From Trichosphaerium sp. ATCC 40318 (lineage: Eukaryota; Protista; Tubulinea), in contig JALMLS010000156.1 of NCBI GenBank assembly GCA_038496445.1, positions 108,797-172,796 of the forward strand: a stretch of 64,000 bases of DNA, in the 5' to 3' direction. Made by a program: the position numbers and the translations under genes. The notes under the pieces are model-generated. The model ran no database searches, was not told where the DNA came from, and saw nothing but the letters and a program-made list of their open reading frames with translations. Below are positions 1-11,990 of this stretch, in pieces (the first letter of the stretch is position 1; every line of letters begins with the position of its first letter).

Positions 1-1681
1 AATACTATGAGTGTTATAAAACTGGATAGCTATGAGGTGTTAAAAGTGATAGATATGAATATTCTTCCAAATAACATTGCTGATGACTTCAAATGTCATG
101 ATCTCGTATCGACAGTACAAGGGATAGCGTTCGTAAGGTGAGTGGAGTATTTTTATGTTACATGTTTACTAAGCCGCTTAATACTAGCATGCTCGCAAAG
201 GATGATATTAACAGAGAAACTGGGTATATAGCTAGTTTTGATACAGTCACTTTTGAGCTCTTGGTAGGTGATTTCTTCTTTTTACAAAAAGTTCATTTAA
301 AAAAACTGCCTTTCGAGTTTTGGGCCTCTCCAGTAGGCTCCTACGCTAAACCATTAGTGAGAGAATACTCTGCTTTAACTACAAATTAATTAAAAGTTTA
401 CTATGCACAAACTAACACGTGGATAATAGAGAGTTGTCGAGACTTGCGGTGATCCTCACGTATTTCATAATCAACAAGGTAACACTCTATCACAAGATCT
501 ATGGTCCCCTTGTCAAGTACCTGGAAGAATAACTCGTTTTGATCTTGATTTGAACGAAATCGGCTCGTGGGAATACCCTGGAGTACATGGTAAGTGCGAT
601 GAAGTGTAATAGAAAGAAACTTAACTTCCTTAAAGGAATTTTCGGAGACCCTAAAAACGAGTTCCTTGCTGTCGGTTCAATTACTAATGACGGCGTGGAT
701 GCTGCTAGAACATTACCTGTAGATGATCCAGGGAATTTTATGAGCATCAACACACAAGTTCCAAGGCCACACAACTTTGCGTACAGCCAAGACGGGTCAA
801 AGATATTCATCACATACAGCGGTGCTAGAACTCAAGTAAGCTCTCACTCAGCTTGATCTTGTTGGCTTTTATTTATCTGTTTGTTGTAGGTTGAGATTGT
901 AGATATTGATGTAGCTACTGGAGGACCAGCAGGAACTTCAAGAGTTGTAGAAACTGGGGAGAATCCATTCGGAATCATGTTGATTCCAAAAGTTGTGGCT
1001 CCTACAAATCCTAGCTTCGATGTCACTGGGTTGACTCTAATAGATAGTACTGATGGTTCAGTTGTAGCCGTATTAGATCTTAGCCAGCCTTATACCGAGA
1101 TTGAATTCGCACCAAACTTGGCGTACAGGTTGGAAGCAACAACTCAAAATAACGATGTGGAGATTTTTATGTTGGTACTCACAGAACGCTCAGCGTACGG
1201 CCATAAGCGACTTTCAGAAATAAACGCATTGACTTTACTCTAGAGGATTTAATGTAGATGACTCTGCACCTTATGAGTCTTTCGTTTTTGAACCTCTTGA
1301 AGGAGAAGTAAGTGTTGAACTTAAGTCTTAAGCCTTACAACTTTTTTAGGTTTACATTGAAATCATCCCGAGATCACGTGCTAGTGGAGATCTAGGAGAA
1401 AAAATACTTCATAAACTTCTAGTACAACAACCAGAAGATGATTTCCTATGTTTATCACCACATATTGAAGAAGATGGTTCTTGCAAGTATGTGACGAACA
1501 ATTTCGTAACAAACTTTGTAACTCATTTCTTTTTTGTAGCTGTGTGACCTTTTCGTGTGAGTATACAAGCCATGGTGTTATCAACTGTGATACATCGGCA
1601 TGGTACTGTGCTTTCTTTCATAGTAGACCAGAAAGCGTTCATGTTAGTTATCGTGGAAGTATGTGCACTTGTATGCTTTAA
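1..1681 (+). CDS. 5'-truncated multi-exon YVTN/YncE-like beta-propeller protein with Cys-rich C-terminus
   Basis: Exons give NTMSVIKLDSYEVLKVI, PRPHNFAYSQDGSKIFITYS and VETGENPFGIML (YVTN-like blades). The last exon is ...CVTFSCEY...MCTCML* with stop at 1681. GT-AG introns; the start lies outside the window. Confidence 0.7.
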
Positions 1682-1749
1682 ACCAATAAACAACCTTTTT
1701 TTTTGCAATTCTGTCAGTCCCACAAACATGAGACTCTGTTTACAAACTA

Positions 1750-2230
1750 ATATTAAGTGTCCAAAATTGGTCTCTTAAACAACTTGCCAGACCAAAAAGG
1801 CCGCTTCAATTACTTGGATAACACTTGTGGTGTTGTTGTAGGTAAGTTCATAGGCCAAATCATAGATACTAAATACCAACTGTTGACTTTTTGTTCGAGA
1901 TGTACAAAATAACGCTTGCACTTAGGTTACTTGTTGTTAGGTGAAAACAAGTATCATTGACAGTGATGGAGAAATTTTGTTGAGTTTTAGCCTGCACTCT
2001 CATTAGGATACCATGATGTCTCTCAAGCAATAATTCTCGGGAAACATCGAGATTCACAACAGTTGTGTGGCGCAATTTTTGACCTAGTTCGACTAGGTTT
2101 TCGTCGTACTATTCTTTCGGAAAAGCGAAAAGCTCTGATGTTGGCAGACTCTACAAAAACATGAAAATACTGAGATAAGAACGAAGGCATGCTTCACGTA
2201 TTACTTTAAACAAATAATAAGCCATAATCA
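1750..2230 (-). pseudogene. possible decayed coding fragment
   Basis: Protein-like stretch DENLVELGQKLRHTTVVNLDVSRELL is interrupted by in-frame stops; no family recognised. Confidence 0.2.
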
Positions 2231-2902
2231 CATTTCGACAAAAAACAAACTGTGCAACACGAAGATGCAGTTTTAAATCTCTAAATATGACAAAAAGTGC
2301 TCTACTGATTTCAATGTATTCTGTTAATACTCGAAACGTAGACTAAAAGATCGAGTAGCTGTCTTTGTGCTTATATTTGTACGAAAATTCATGAAATTCC
2401 GCAAAGTTCGGGTTTTTCGCGCGTGGCACTTTTTGTAGAAGATAAAAATGCCAACAACTGTACAAGTAATTCCGTTACACCCTATTGGACCTAATAAAGA
2501 TATAATAAGGCAACATGAACATATTCCAATCAAAAAACAGCCACGGAAAGCAAACAGAGTATCTAACACGAATAGCAATCATAGAGTGCGAGTAGTTGCC
2601 ACAACCCTATTTCGGAAGGTATGAAGTTAAAAGAGGTAGTCCCAACACATCAAACATTCAATCATTACGGAGGGCTAACTACTACAACTTCTAAAAAAAA
2701 TATGGAAAATAAATGGATAACACAACCATTTCTTCTTCCGCGCTTTTTACAGTTGTTTTTTTTTTTTTCAACTTCTTTATTTCACAATTTCTTTCAGTTG
2801 GTTTTTGTTAAACCAATTCATAAAGTATTTACATATTTTCTTGTTATAGAAGGTTGTACAACTAATCGACGAAAGTTTTTCAAAAAAACTTATTTTCAAA
2901 AT

Positions 2903-4759
2903 CTAAGCAAACGTTGTATCAATGCTCACAGCAACGTCCACTGATGCATCCCCTGTATCTAGTGTCTCTGGTTTAAACGAATCTTCATCACTTGTTTCAA
3001 CGCTAGATTCTTCATCTTCCTCTTCAATGGAGGCAACTACTTCTTCACCTTCTTCTGAAGAACCGTACATAAATTTTTTTGTTGTAGTTTCAAGCACTGT
3101 TGAGTCATGTACTTTTGTGCCGTCAATACCACTTATAATAACTGTTGATCTCATTGAATGCTTGCCATAGGCGTGTTTCCACTCTCTTAATACGCTTTCA
3201 TTAAGCCCGTATACTGTACAAAGAATTAGATATACAAACAATACTAGGCGAATAACACCAAAAAATGTTTCTTACTTATTGCGTTTAAGGTGCCCATGCC
3301 GGCTAGAGTAAAGTGATGAAACATTACCAAGAGGAAGAGTCGTGTTCTCGCAGGTTTAGGCTCTATTATGGTCCACACACGAAATAGTGAAGGACCAATA
3401 AAGACAACAACAAACATTACTGGATAGTAAACAAATTTTTGCAACTACAATGAAAAAGGTTAGAACGACTGCTTTTCCTATGCTTTGTCAAATACGTACA
3501 GCACGTTTTTTAATAGTATATTCTTTTCCTCCTTTCTCAATAGATAGTGATTTATAATACCTTGAAGTCAAAATATACCTAAAACGAGAATCAGTGCTAC
3601 GAAGTCTTTTTGGCTTGAAAATTGCTTATTTCAGAAAAATAATCAGTATTTTGTTGGGTTTGAGTTTCCTCTTCAAGGTACTTAAGAAGACCGTCGTTGT
3701 GTCATCATAATAGTACACAATGTTGTTTTTTAAAAGTCAAACAGAAAAAACCGGAAAAACAGCCCGATACGGACTTTTTACGTACATTACAATACATACT
3801 ATCCACATAATCCAAACTTGGATATAATAAAATATCATCCTGTAGTTACCACCAAGGTCTTCATTAACCCAACACCTTTAAAAAGAGAAGGTCAGAAATC
3901 ATGTGGACAACTTCATGTCAAAAAAAAAATTCAAACAATAAAAAATATTATACCATTGCCCAGCTGGTCCGTATAACGTAAAAAATATTGGAAACGCTGT
4001 GTCTATTAGCACTATAGTATATCCGATAATAATCAATATCGTTACTGCTTGTCTTGTAGCTGATTTGCCTCTAAAATCCAAAACTTGTCAGAACCAAATA
4101 TTTTCTCCGCTAATGTGAAAAAAATAATCAAAACGAAATTTACCTTGTAACGAGAATGTACAGTGCGATAGCGATGAAAGCGGGCCAAATTCCTCCTTGT
4201 ATACCACCACCTTGCACAAAAACGCCCTACGACGTAATTTAACAACTCGTATAACTCCGTAAAAATGTAATCAAAGCGTTTTTGAAAAGATTACGCAAAA
4301 AAAAAACAATTACGTTCACACTATTTGAGTATGTTTAAACAATTTCGTACTTGTACTACGCATCTAGTGGTACTCTCTTGTGTTCCGTTTTCAAATATTG
4401 GCAAACCAACGAGCTACAGGAGTAAAGTTAGATAGAACGGCTTGTCATTGTTTTGACGGCTTATTCGCGTTTAGACAGAAAGAGTTTTGTCTATTTCTTT
4501 CTGAACAACAGTTAAAACAACGTACCAACGCTAACGAGAATACTAGATTGCCTACGGCCATAACAGCAACTAACTTGCTTATTGCTGAGCGAAGTCTAGG
4601 GAAGAAAGTATAATTGCTTAGAATAAACAACTGGGACACTATCGACGCCAACGCCAATACGATAACCAATGAATCTACAATCGTGCTTTGAGTAGCTGAT
4701 AAACCCTCTCCATTATCTACAGGGTCAGTTGTGTTACTTGTCCCATTGTTTGACAACAT
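2903..4759 (-). CDS. 7TM GPCR, Dictyostelium cAMP-receptor (CAR/Crl)-like
   Basis: N-glycosylatable N-terminus, TM1 then FFPRLRS, YGPAGQW|CWV, KFVYYPVMFVVVFIGP, GMGTLNAI|xYGLN, acidic C-tail; several GT-AG introns. Confidence 0.85.
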
Positions 4760-4824
4760 AATGAACGCCTTTAAAGGTTCGCTTGCTACTCTACAAAAGC
4801 TTGTCCGCGAATTTTGTCTTAATC

Positions 4825-5530
4825 GGGAAGTATCGCATCATACTTCATATTGGTTGCAGCATCGGAGTAATTGGATTATTGTTACGCCTGTACAGCATCG
4901 TTTGCTACCCTCCAATATAAATAGCGAGGTTTCGCTGTTTTGTTGTATGATATCGAGTTTCCTTTTGCAGTACTAAAGCTCTGTAGTACTGCCTATTACA
5001 GTAGGCTGTACGAAAATGGTAGAAACGAGAGGTACGTTCTTGGTGGTTGAGCCAACTTCTCCCAACTCAAACCGGATTTTCTGACGACTGGGTCTGATCT
5101 AGTACTGCCGAAGAAGATAGTACTTTGAGCAGGGAAAACTGTATTTTCCCAGCTTGTGTTTACGTGTTTCAAGAAAATCCTGGAAGCGAGTAGACGCATA
5201 AAAACAATGATTAGAATACTCGGTCAAATAGTTGGTAGGTTTCTTTGCAACGGACTTTCAAACGGAGTTCGCTTTCCTTTTCAAGACGGTGCTCACTTAC
5301 AAGGAAAACAGCTGCTTCAAGCCGAATGACTGTGCCTTCATAACCCTCGACCACCAATATTCGTAAATAAAACAAGGCAGCATCGAAGACTGAGTAAACA
5401 ACAATAAGGTAGATAAATAAGTTTTATTTCAGTTTTGTTTTAGAGTCACAATATTATTGCTGTCTTCGTCTACTCGGTAGTTATTTGGTGTAGTCCATGT
5501 GTCTCGAGCGATATCTATAAACGGTATAAG
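4825..5530 (+). ncRNA. large structured RNA candidate, family unassigned
   Basis: More than 12 nested helices, e.g. 5040-5051/5346-5357 (12 bp), 5074-5082/5172-5180, 4967-4975/4984-4992, 5374-5382/5458-5466, 4837-4843/4945-4951. Non-Watson-Crick pairs are mostly G.U on the + strand. No coding frame. Confidence 0.6.
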
Positions 5531-5579
5531 CGTCTATCATAAGAAATTTTCTAAAGTATTAAAAACTAATTTAATTACT

Positions 5580-5643
5580 GTCCTCAGTGCGGAACTCATA
5601 CATCAGTAAATCAAAGCTTAGAGAATTTAACTCATCACAGGAC
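5580..5643 (-). ncRNA. box C/D snoRNA candidate (probably intronic)
   Basis: Minus strand reads GTCCT-GTGATGA(C)...CTGA(D')...CTGA(D)-GGAC, with a GTCC/GGAC terminal stem, 64 nt. It lies inside a putative GTACGT...TAG intron at 5696-5551. Confidence 0.7.
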
Positions 5644-6541
5644 GGGTTTTTTTGAAATAATTTTTTGGTGAAATCAAGCGAAGAGATAACACGTACCGAA
5701 GTGTTAAATGTGTGGCAAGTGCGTCTACGCGCGCGATTTGTACTTGATTCTCAGGTATTCAGTATTATCACTGATGAACCTTAACGCGATGTGAGTAAAG
5801 GGAACAGACTGTCAAAATTTTGTTGATTTTTGTTTGAAAATGTAGCGCAAGTAAGTAATAGATCAAGCCCCTCTAATAGAGCAAGAACGTCGCACAAGTG
5901 CCGTTGATTTAGCCTCGTTTAAGTTTGTATTTAAAAAAACGGAAGAGATGATAGAGTCAACTAATACCGCACGATGCAAAGGCATTGAAAGCAAAATGAA
6001 GGAAAAAGTCGAGATAAAAACAAAAAAAATCGTACCATAAGTTCGCTTTTGAGCGTAGAGTGTGAAGGAGTGCTTCTTCGTGCAGTTTGTATCAGTTTAA
6101 CTATGTTCGATGAGTTTTTGTAGAGAGAAAAAAGCAAGATGCGAAAGTTTTTGCTCTTTTTTGAGCCTCAGAGTGTAACGGTTATATCTTCCCGCGGTAG
6201 CCACCCTATGTGGGTGGGTTCAATCATCCAGGGTGCTACCACTCGTATCGCAATTTGACATCATCGATAGGAAGCGTAGATGGTTTTATTGAAGGAAAAG
6301 AGTCGCACCTCATCGTTTAGATGGTTTAAAGTAGTAGTAAGCTAGCTTCCTGGTTTTTTAACAAGTATCATTTGTGCTGTGTTGTATAGCTGTAATGCTT
6401 GGCAATTATGATTTTCAAAGCGAGTCTTTCAGGCGAGAAAAAAAAGTACCGAAAACTTGGGTATTTTATTTACGTGTCAAAAGAATGTCAGCTATTTACA
6501 TACTACACCAAGTGTAGCTCTACTAAATGCGCGAGCGATTT

Positions 6542-7705
6542 TTAAACGATTTCTGTAGGTTGTGTTTCTTTAAAGGCTTGTTCTGCCGTGGCAGCAGCAC
6601 CTCGACTTAGAATAGATCCAAAAGCGCTTCCTACAATGGAACCTAATACAATGTCAGAAGACGGCAGTCAAAGTGAGGATTTAGGCGAGAAAACTAAATG
6701 GCCCAATGAGTTTATTTCCTATTATTTTACCTGCGTCGCCTGGAGCCTACAGGTGGATTAGAAAACAGTTTGAAAGCGCTTTGAGTTAGACACTTTTTGG
6801 TGAAAATTTTATTGAATAAGAAATAAAAGCGAGATACGTACCGCGTCTAGTGTGTCAGGGAACCACATAGCAAGTAAAACATGCAATATACCTGCACACA
6901 TAGCTAAGATGCCACAAATCTTGCCTACGAGGCCAATACCAATCGCCAAAGCACCGAAACTATTTTCATATCAACTTTTTCAAACAAGCACATGTCAAAA
7001 TCTTTTCTCAATAATAGAGGCATTCATAGCGTGCCAGAGTATTTTTCATGGCTTTATCTCTGATAAGAATGTACGTACAATACCAAGTATAAACCTCTAC
7101 CGTGATACGTGTGTAAGAAAGGGAACCATTCAAGTGCCATACGGTGCCATACAGGGATTGGTACTATCGCTACGAAGAGCCCGACACCAGAACCGCTTTA
7201 AAATCTGAGTGAGATTTAAATTAGCGTATTGGTATGCGTACGCGACGTATAAGCACACTATAAAATAAACAATATCAAGCGTCAGTTTAAACAAGCCGAA
7301 AAATCCAACGAATACCAAGCCTAGTATGAAGTTAGCGTGGTTTGCGTGGCGCCGGTGATAGAAAATGCGTTGTTTGCCGGTTGGTGATAAAATCGTTCTT
7401 CATGCGTCTATAAGCGCCTCACGTACCTAAACTACACAAAGAGGACAGAATGAGTAATAAGCCTGTTCTGTTTTTATTTGCAACGTATTTTCTTACTGTT
7501 CCCTTCACGAAACCATCTAATTGTAATATCAGAGCGTGGAAAGTTGGATTGGCACATTACAAGATTGTAAAAGAAAATGTACTTTGTTTTATTTGTTAGG
7601 CGTACCATTAACAGTTGGTGCGTGCGTAACAGGCTCCATTGGCTGTATTTCTTCATTTTCATCAAAGTAATCAACTCTGGTAACAAGAGGTTTGGCGTCC
7701 GTCAT
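6542..7705 (-). CDS. COPI-associated / TVP15-like Golgi membrane protein
   Basis: Spliced model MTDAKPLV...LLLILSSLCSLGLVFVGFF...WFPFLHTYHGRGLYLVF|FGALAIG...QPTEIV*. FxFLxxYxGRG is the family motif. Confidence 0.8.
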
Positions 7706-7813
7706 CGAAGGCTGTATGATTGATTGCGAGTGGGGTATTGGAAACGCTTAAGCGTTGAAAAGACAGGAACGATGCTTCTGTGAAAGACAAGCTTAGTTAA
7801 ACCTTCTGCGTTG

Positions 7814-9073
7814 ATGACATCCAGCGAAGCTGAGTTACTATCGCTGGGATACGCTTTTAATGACGCTGGAGAGCTACGGCATCGACGTACTAATGAGGAA
7901 TTTACCAAAGGGACTAAACAACAGTACAATCAAATAATATGTTAGTAGAGGTGTATTAGAACCCTTCTAAAATAAAACTAGCTCTAATATCGGCTCACAT
8001 ACAAGAAGTAATGATACAATCGTATAACCTGCATCCAATACCTACAGTGAAAACACCAGGTACATCAGAAGCATCTAGCAATGAAAATAACGGTTTTTAC
8101 CAATTCAGAAGTATCCTTTCGTAAAGGCTACTCTACTACTTCTCTTGAGCCTTATTATATCAGCAAAAGCCTGTCAACGAGTGTAGAAGACATTGACACA
8201 ACATCTATGACTTTATTGGTTATTTTTAGAGGAGCTGGTCATGGGTTGCGAAGTAACTAGTTTGAATTTGTCTCATTGACTCCTAGAGCTGGTATTTTCT
8301 CTGTGTATGACGCGGTCAATGGTGGTTTGAATAAAGGTTCGATGCTACCACATATACAGAGAGCACACGCAGAGAAATACGAGATGCTTGTGTTGAATCC
8401 TAATTTAGACCATTATAAGAATGATGCTAGGAACACGTGATTAAATAACTACAATGTTTTTAATTGTAACCAAAATTAGAGTTTATTTAACGCACGCACG
8501 TGACCTTTGGGAGAAGCACGTTGCACAATTTAAAGGCAAGGTTATAATCTTGGCGTTCAGGTATAATGGCATTGTAACGTTGTTTGTGTTATTTATTTTT
8601 ATCTAGTTATGGAGGAGTAATAGTATTGAATTTACTTAGAGACATTGGTAAGTAAATAGCGTATACCCATGCTAAGCGTTGTTTCGAGGTACCTCATTTA
8701 TGGAGAACGTTACTCATATAGCATGCGTTGACACTGTACAAGATATTAATAAGCATCTTGGTGTAAGTAGGTTTGTTGCCTCACTGTTATTTTACTTTCT
8801 TCAGGACAATCAAGTGCACAGACAATTATTTGCAGCAAATGCAGTTTTATATAAATCAGGGGATCAACCATTAGGAAGTCTGATAGCAACAGAACATGAC
8901 GTATATGGGTGCAGGGTATATTCAGTACGTCTGACATAAGTACATATGTATTTTTTACAATTGTTCAGGCCGGGACTACACAACATTCTCTAACTCCTGT
9001 CACTACGAAAGAACTTGTTTTTGACTACTTCAAATCGAATCGTACATTGATTTCAATGTGTGTACTCTTATAG
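7814..9073 (+). CDS. FAM172A/Arb2-like alpha/beta-hydrolase-fold protein
   Basis: LGYAFNDAGELRH, LLVIFRGAG, GSMLPHIQRA..MLVLNPN, LWEKHV..ILAFSYGG and SAGTTQH are colinear with the FAM172A motifs as I recall them. Confidence 0.85.
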
Positions 9074-9146
9074 AGTAATGGCAAAACGAATAAACTGTAA
9101 CAGTTTTTGTATTGATGTCAAGAAAAAGAAATTTTGCTGTTGTATT

Positions 9147-10224
9147 TTACTTTGTAAGTAGCTCAATTACAGCTTTAACATCAGACAGATCTTCCATTAT
9201 GGCATCTGGATTCTGTTTTTTAAGCTCTTCCATCTTTCCGGAACCAGTACCTACTGCTAATACCTACAACATAATATTAGTCTATTAAAAAAATTGAATG
9301 AACGGTAATCAATCACCTTAATTCCATTCTTCTTTGCACATTCGATGTCCCTATAGTAGCATTGATAAACAGGAACATATGTACATATTCGCTGGTATAA
9401 CAAGTACCTTAGAGTATCTCCAATGATCCAAACATTACTTCTATCAAAAGTACATGAAAAACTTTTTTCAGTACGTTCTATAGCTATTCTTGGAAGATCA
9501 TTTCTATCACCACTGTCACTACCGTAACCTCAATTAATGTCAATACAGAGATTTCGGAATAAGACCTTGCTGTTTGAGTTCAACCCACCTCCTGTTTTAA
9601 ACAATGACAAATCAAATCCTCCTGCTTCAAGCTTCAACTTTCCAGTTGATTCCAAGTTCCCAGTTACAAGACCCTGTAATGTATAAGAGACGTCTACATT
9701 GCTTGATCTTTAGTATGGCATGCCTGGATTACATCTGGACGCTTGTCCATCTCTGCTAGGATCTCTTTTGTTCCTGAACACAAAAACAATCAACTTCTTA
9801 TTTTTTTGATATGAAAAAAGTTGTTTGATTTTTTACTTCGTTTGAACTTGGTACCTGGCATTATCGTTATGCGGGATGTCTTTAACTCTTCCCGGGTGTA
9901 CTCTGGAAATACTTTCCAAACCTGTGGAAGCAGTTTTGCAATGACATTTTCTTCAAAACCGTATTTTTTAACAATCTCTCTTGAAATAATCGGATCTACG
10001 CTTGTTTTAACGAATTGGAGTGATTTCAACGACGTCACCTGTTTTTCCGCCCATTTTTACTCCGTCGCTTGTCATTGTAACCTTAAATACCTTAGCAAGC
10101 GATTTCGCAAGCGCTCTACCGCCTACAATCATCAAACAAAGTTCAATCAACGGAAAAACAAACCAGCTCCACCAGAGAGCATCAAAGTTCCGTCAATATC
10201 CCAAAGCAATAGTTTTCTTGCCAT
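9147..10224 (-). CDS. HAD-superfamily hydrolase (phosphoglycolate phosphatase-like)
   Basis: MARKLLLWDIDGTL (motif I), GLVTGN (II), GGYGSD, IIGDTLRD (IV), LAVGTG; contains one GC-AG intron. Confidence 0.9.
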
Positions 10225-10428
10225 TTGTGTCATTGTTACAAATCCTCGCTTGGAGAAATAAATGTCATAAACTTAAGTTGGACTTGCCACTAAACCACTA
10301 AAACGATCGTTCTTCGCCTAATACAGCTCATAGAAAGGTACAAGCTTACTTTAAAGAAATTCAAAAATAAACAATGTTATGCATGAGTTGTTTATTCTAA
10401 GTTAAAGCAGACGTTTTGTGAACTTATT

Positions 10429-11990
10429 TTACAAATGAGCTATAAACGCAACAATACTTATTAGCAAGAACGAGAGAGTCACTTGAATTCCCGCAGAGTT
10501 CGGACTGTCTGATGGCGGATTATCAGGTGTTGGGGGTAAGGTAGTTGAATCAGTGGGTGCATCAGTGGCAGGTGCTATAGTGGATGGTTCTGAGAATGTA
10601 ACTTTCTCAATTTCATACAGTTCTTGTGTTACAGAGAACAAATAAGCATTCAAGACATAAATGTCGTTCATTCGTGTTGCACATGTTGTAAGCCCACCCT
10701 CTAAAACGTATGTTAGCAATGTAGTTAACCTTAGCGTGACGTACGGACAGTAGAGTTGAATACGCCTGTAACTGAGATTGTTTGAAAATCGTCACTTGTT
10801 TCCAACCGGTAAACAAAGTTGCTAGTTCCTACAGCAGCAATACCGCCTAGTAAATATTTTAGAATAGTTGCAATTATATTAAAAATGGTCTTGAGTATGC
10901 TTCTATTTATTACCTGAAGCAGGATCATCACACAAGCCGTCGAAACCGGCAGGAGCATCCCCAATAAATTGAACGTTTGTGATATCAGATGTGTTAGTTA
11001 AGGAAACTCTATATAGTTCACCGGCAGGACGGAATAATGCGACCAACAAAACATCCCCAATAATGTGTATTCCATTAGGACCGATGTTTAATAAATTTGG
11101 ACTACCTAAATGAATGTCACGTGTTTGAAAAAACAAAGGATTTCTTTGCTTTACCTGCCCACTCAGGCCTGAAAATCGTAGTTACTTCTTTCGTTCCAGC
11201 TTCAATTTTCCATATCTTAGAACCAAGGGAATCTGTTGCATAAATATCACCAGTAGATTCATGCACAACTGTATATCCGTTTAGAAAATGAGGTGCGAGT
11301 TTGTTGTTAAACACAAAAAAACGTGCCCAAATCGTTGCAAAATGGATGCTCATCGCTGCCTGTTAAATTGACTAGTGCCACAAAATCTCCTGTATCTAAT
11401 TCCCATTCGGCTATCTTTACCATACATTAGTGCGAACCAATAATTTAAAGTGAATACACGTACATACGAAGAGCCTGCTACATTTGGAAAACCTTGAAGT
11501 ACGTCAAGGTACGAAACACAACCATATACTTTCTTTTCAAAATATTTAGCACAGTAGGTAGTGTTAGCACTTGGTGTACGTTGTTGCTTTCGCTTATGTC
11601 AAGACCAAGAATTGCAATCCCAGGAAAACCAGGAATAGGCCCATACTCTGTAGTTGTTCTATAAACACCAATTTTTGTTAATTTTCTACAATGTTCTGAC
11701 GAATTCACTATTTCGTACCCATCATCTTGTACCATGTATAAAGTGGAGTTGGTGAGCGACGATATCAAGAAGTTTGAAGAGCTCGACTATACGTGATTAG
11801 ATAAAAAAAAACGAAGACATGACGTTTTTTTAGTACCCAATCAATACCTTCAGGTGAAATGACTGTTCCCATTGCTGTAATCCTGGAAAAGTTTTAGTCT
11901 ACGTCTAGTGTAGTTTTATTCGTACACTTGTGTATGAGCTAAATATACCAAAGCAATAAAACAAGCCAGGAAGAGATGTTGAGTTGCCAT
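10429..11990 (-). CDS. secreted, probably GPI-anchored SMP-30/gluconolactonase-like six-bladed propeller
   Basis: Signal peptide MATQHLFLACFIALVYLA, then PEGIDW, FCND, GDIYATDS, GPNGI and GFDGL blade motifs, a P/T/S stalk and a hydrophobic C-terminus. Confidence 0.85.

Noticed and set aside
5046-5262. Minus-strand RNase MRP/P reading (GAAAGTCC...GGCTCA)
   Set aside because: P4 pairing is poor and the G.U pattern places the structured RNA on the + strand.
5380-5497. Group I intron R/S-like words (GAAGACTG...TAGTCC)
   Set aside because: J8/7 and P/Q elements do not fit, there is no host exon context, and the pairing conflicts with stronger local helices.
5081-5810. Hammerhead-like cores CTGACGA (5081) and CTGATGA (5771)
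   Set aside because: No GAAA directly after stem II and no consistent stems I/III.
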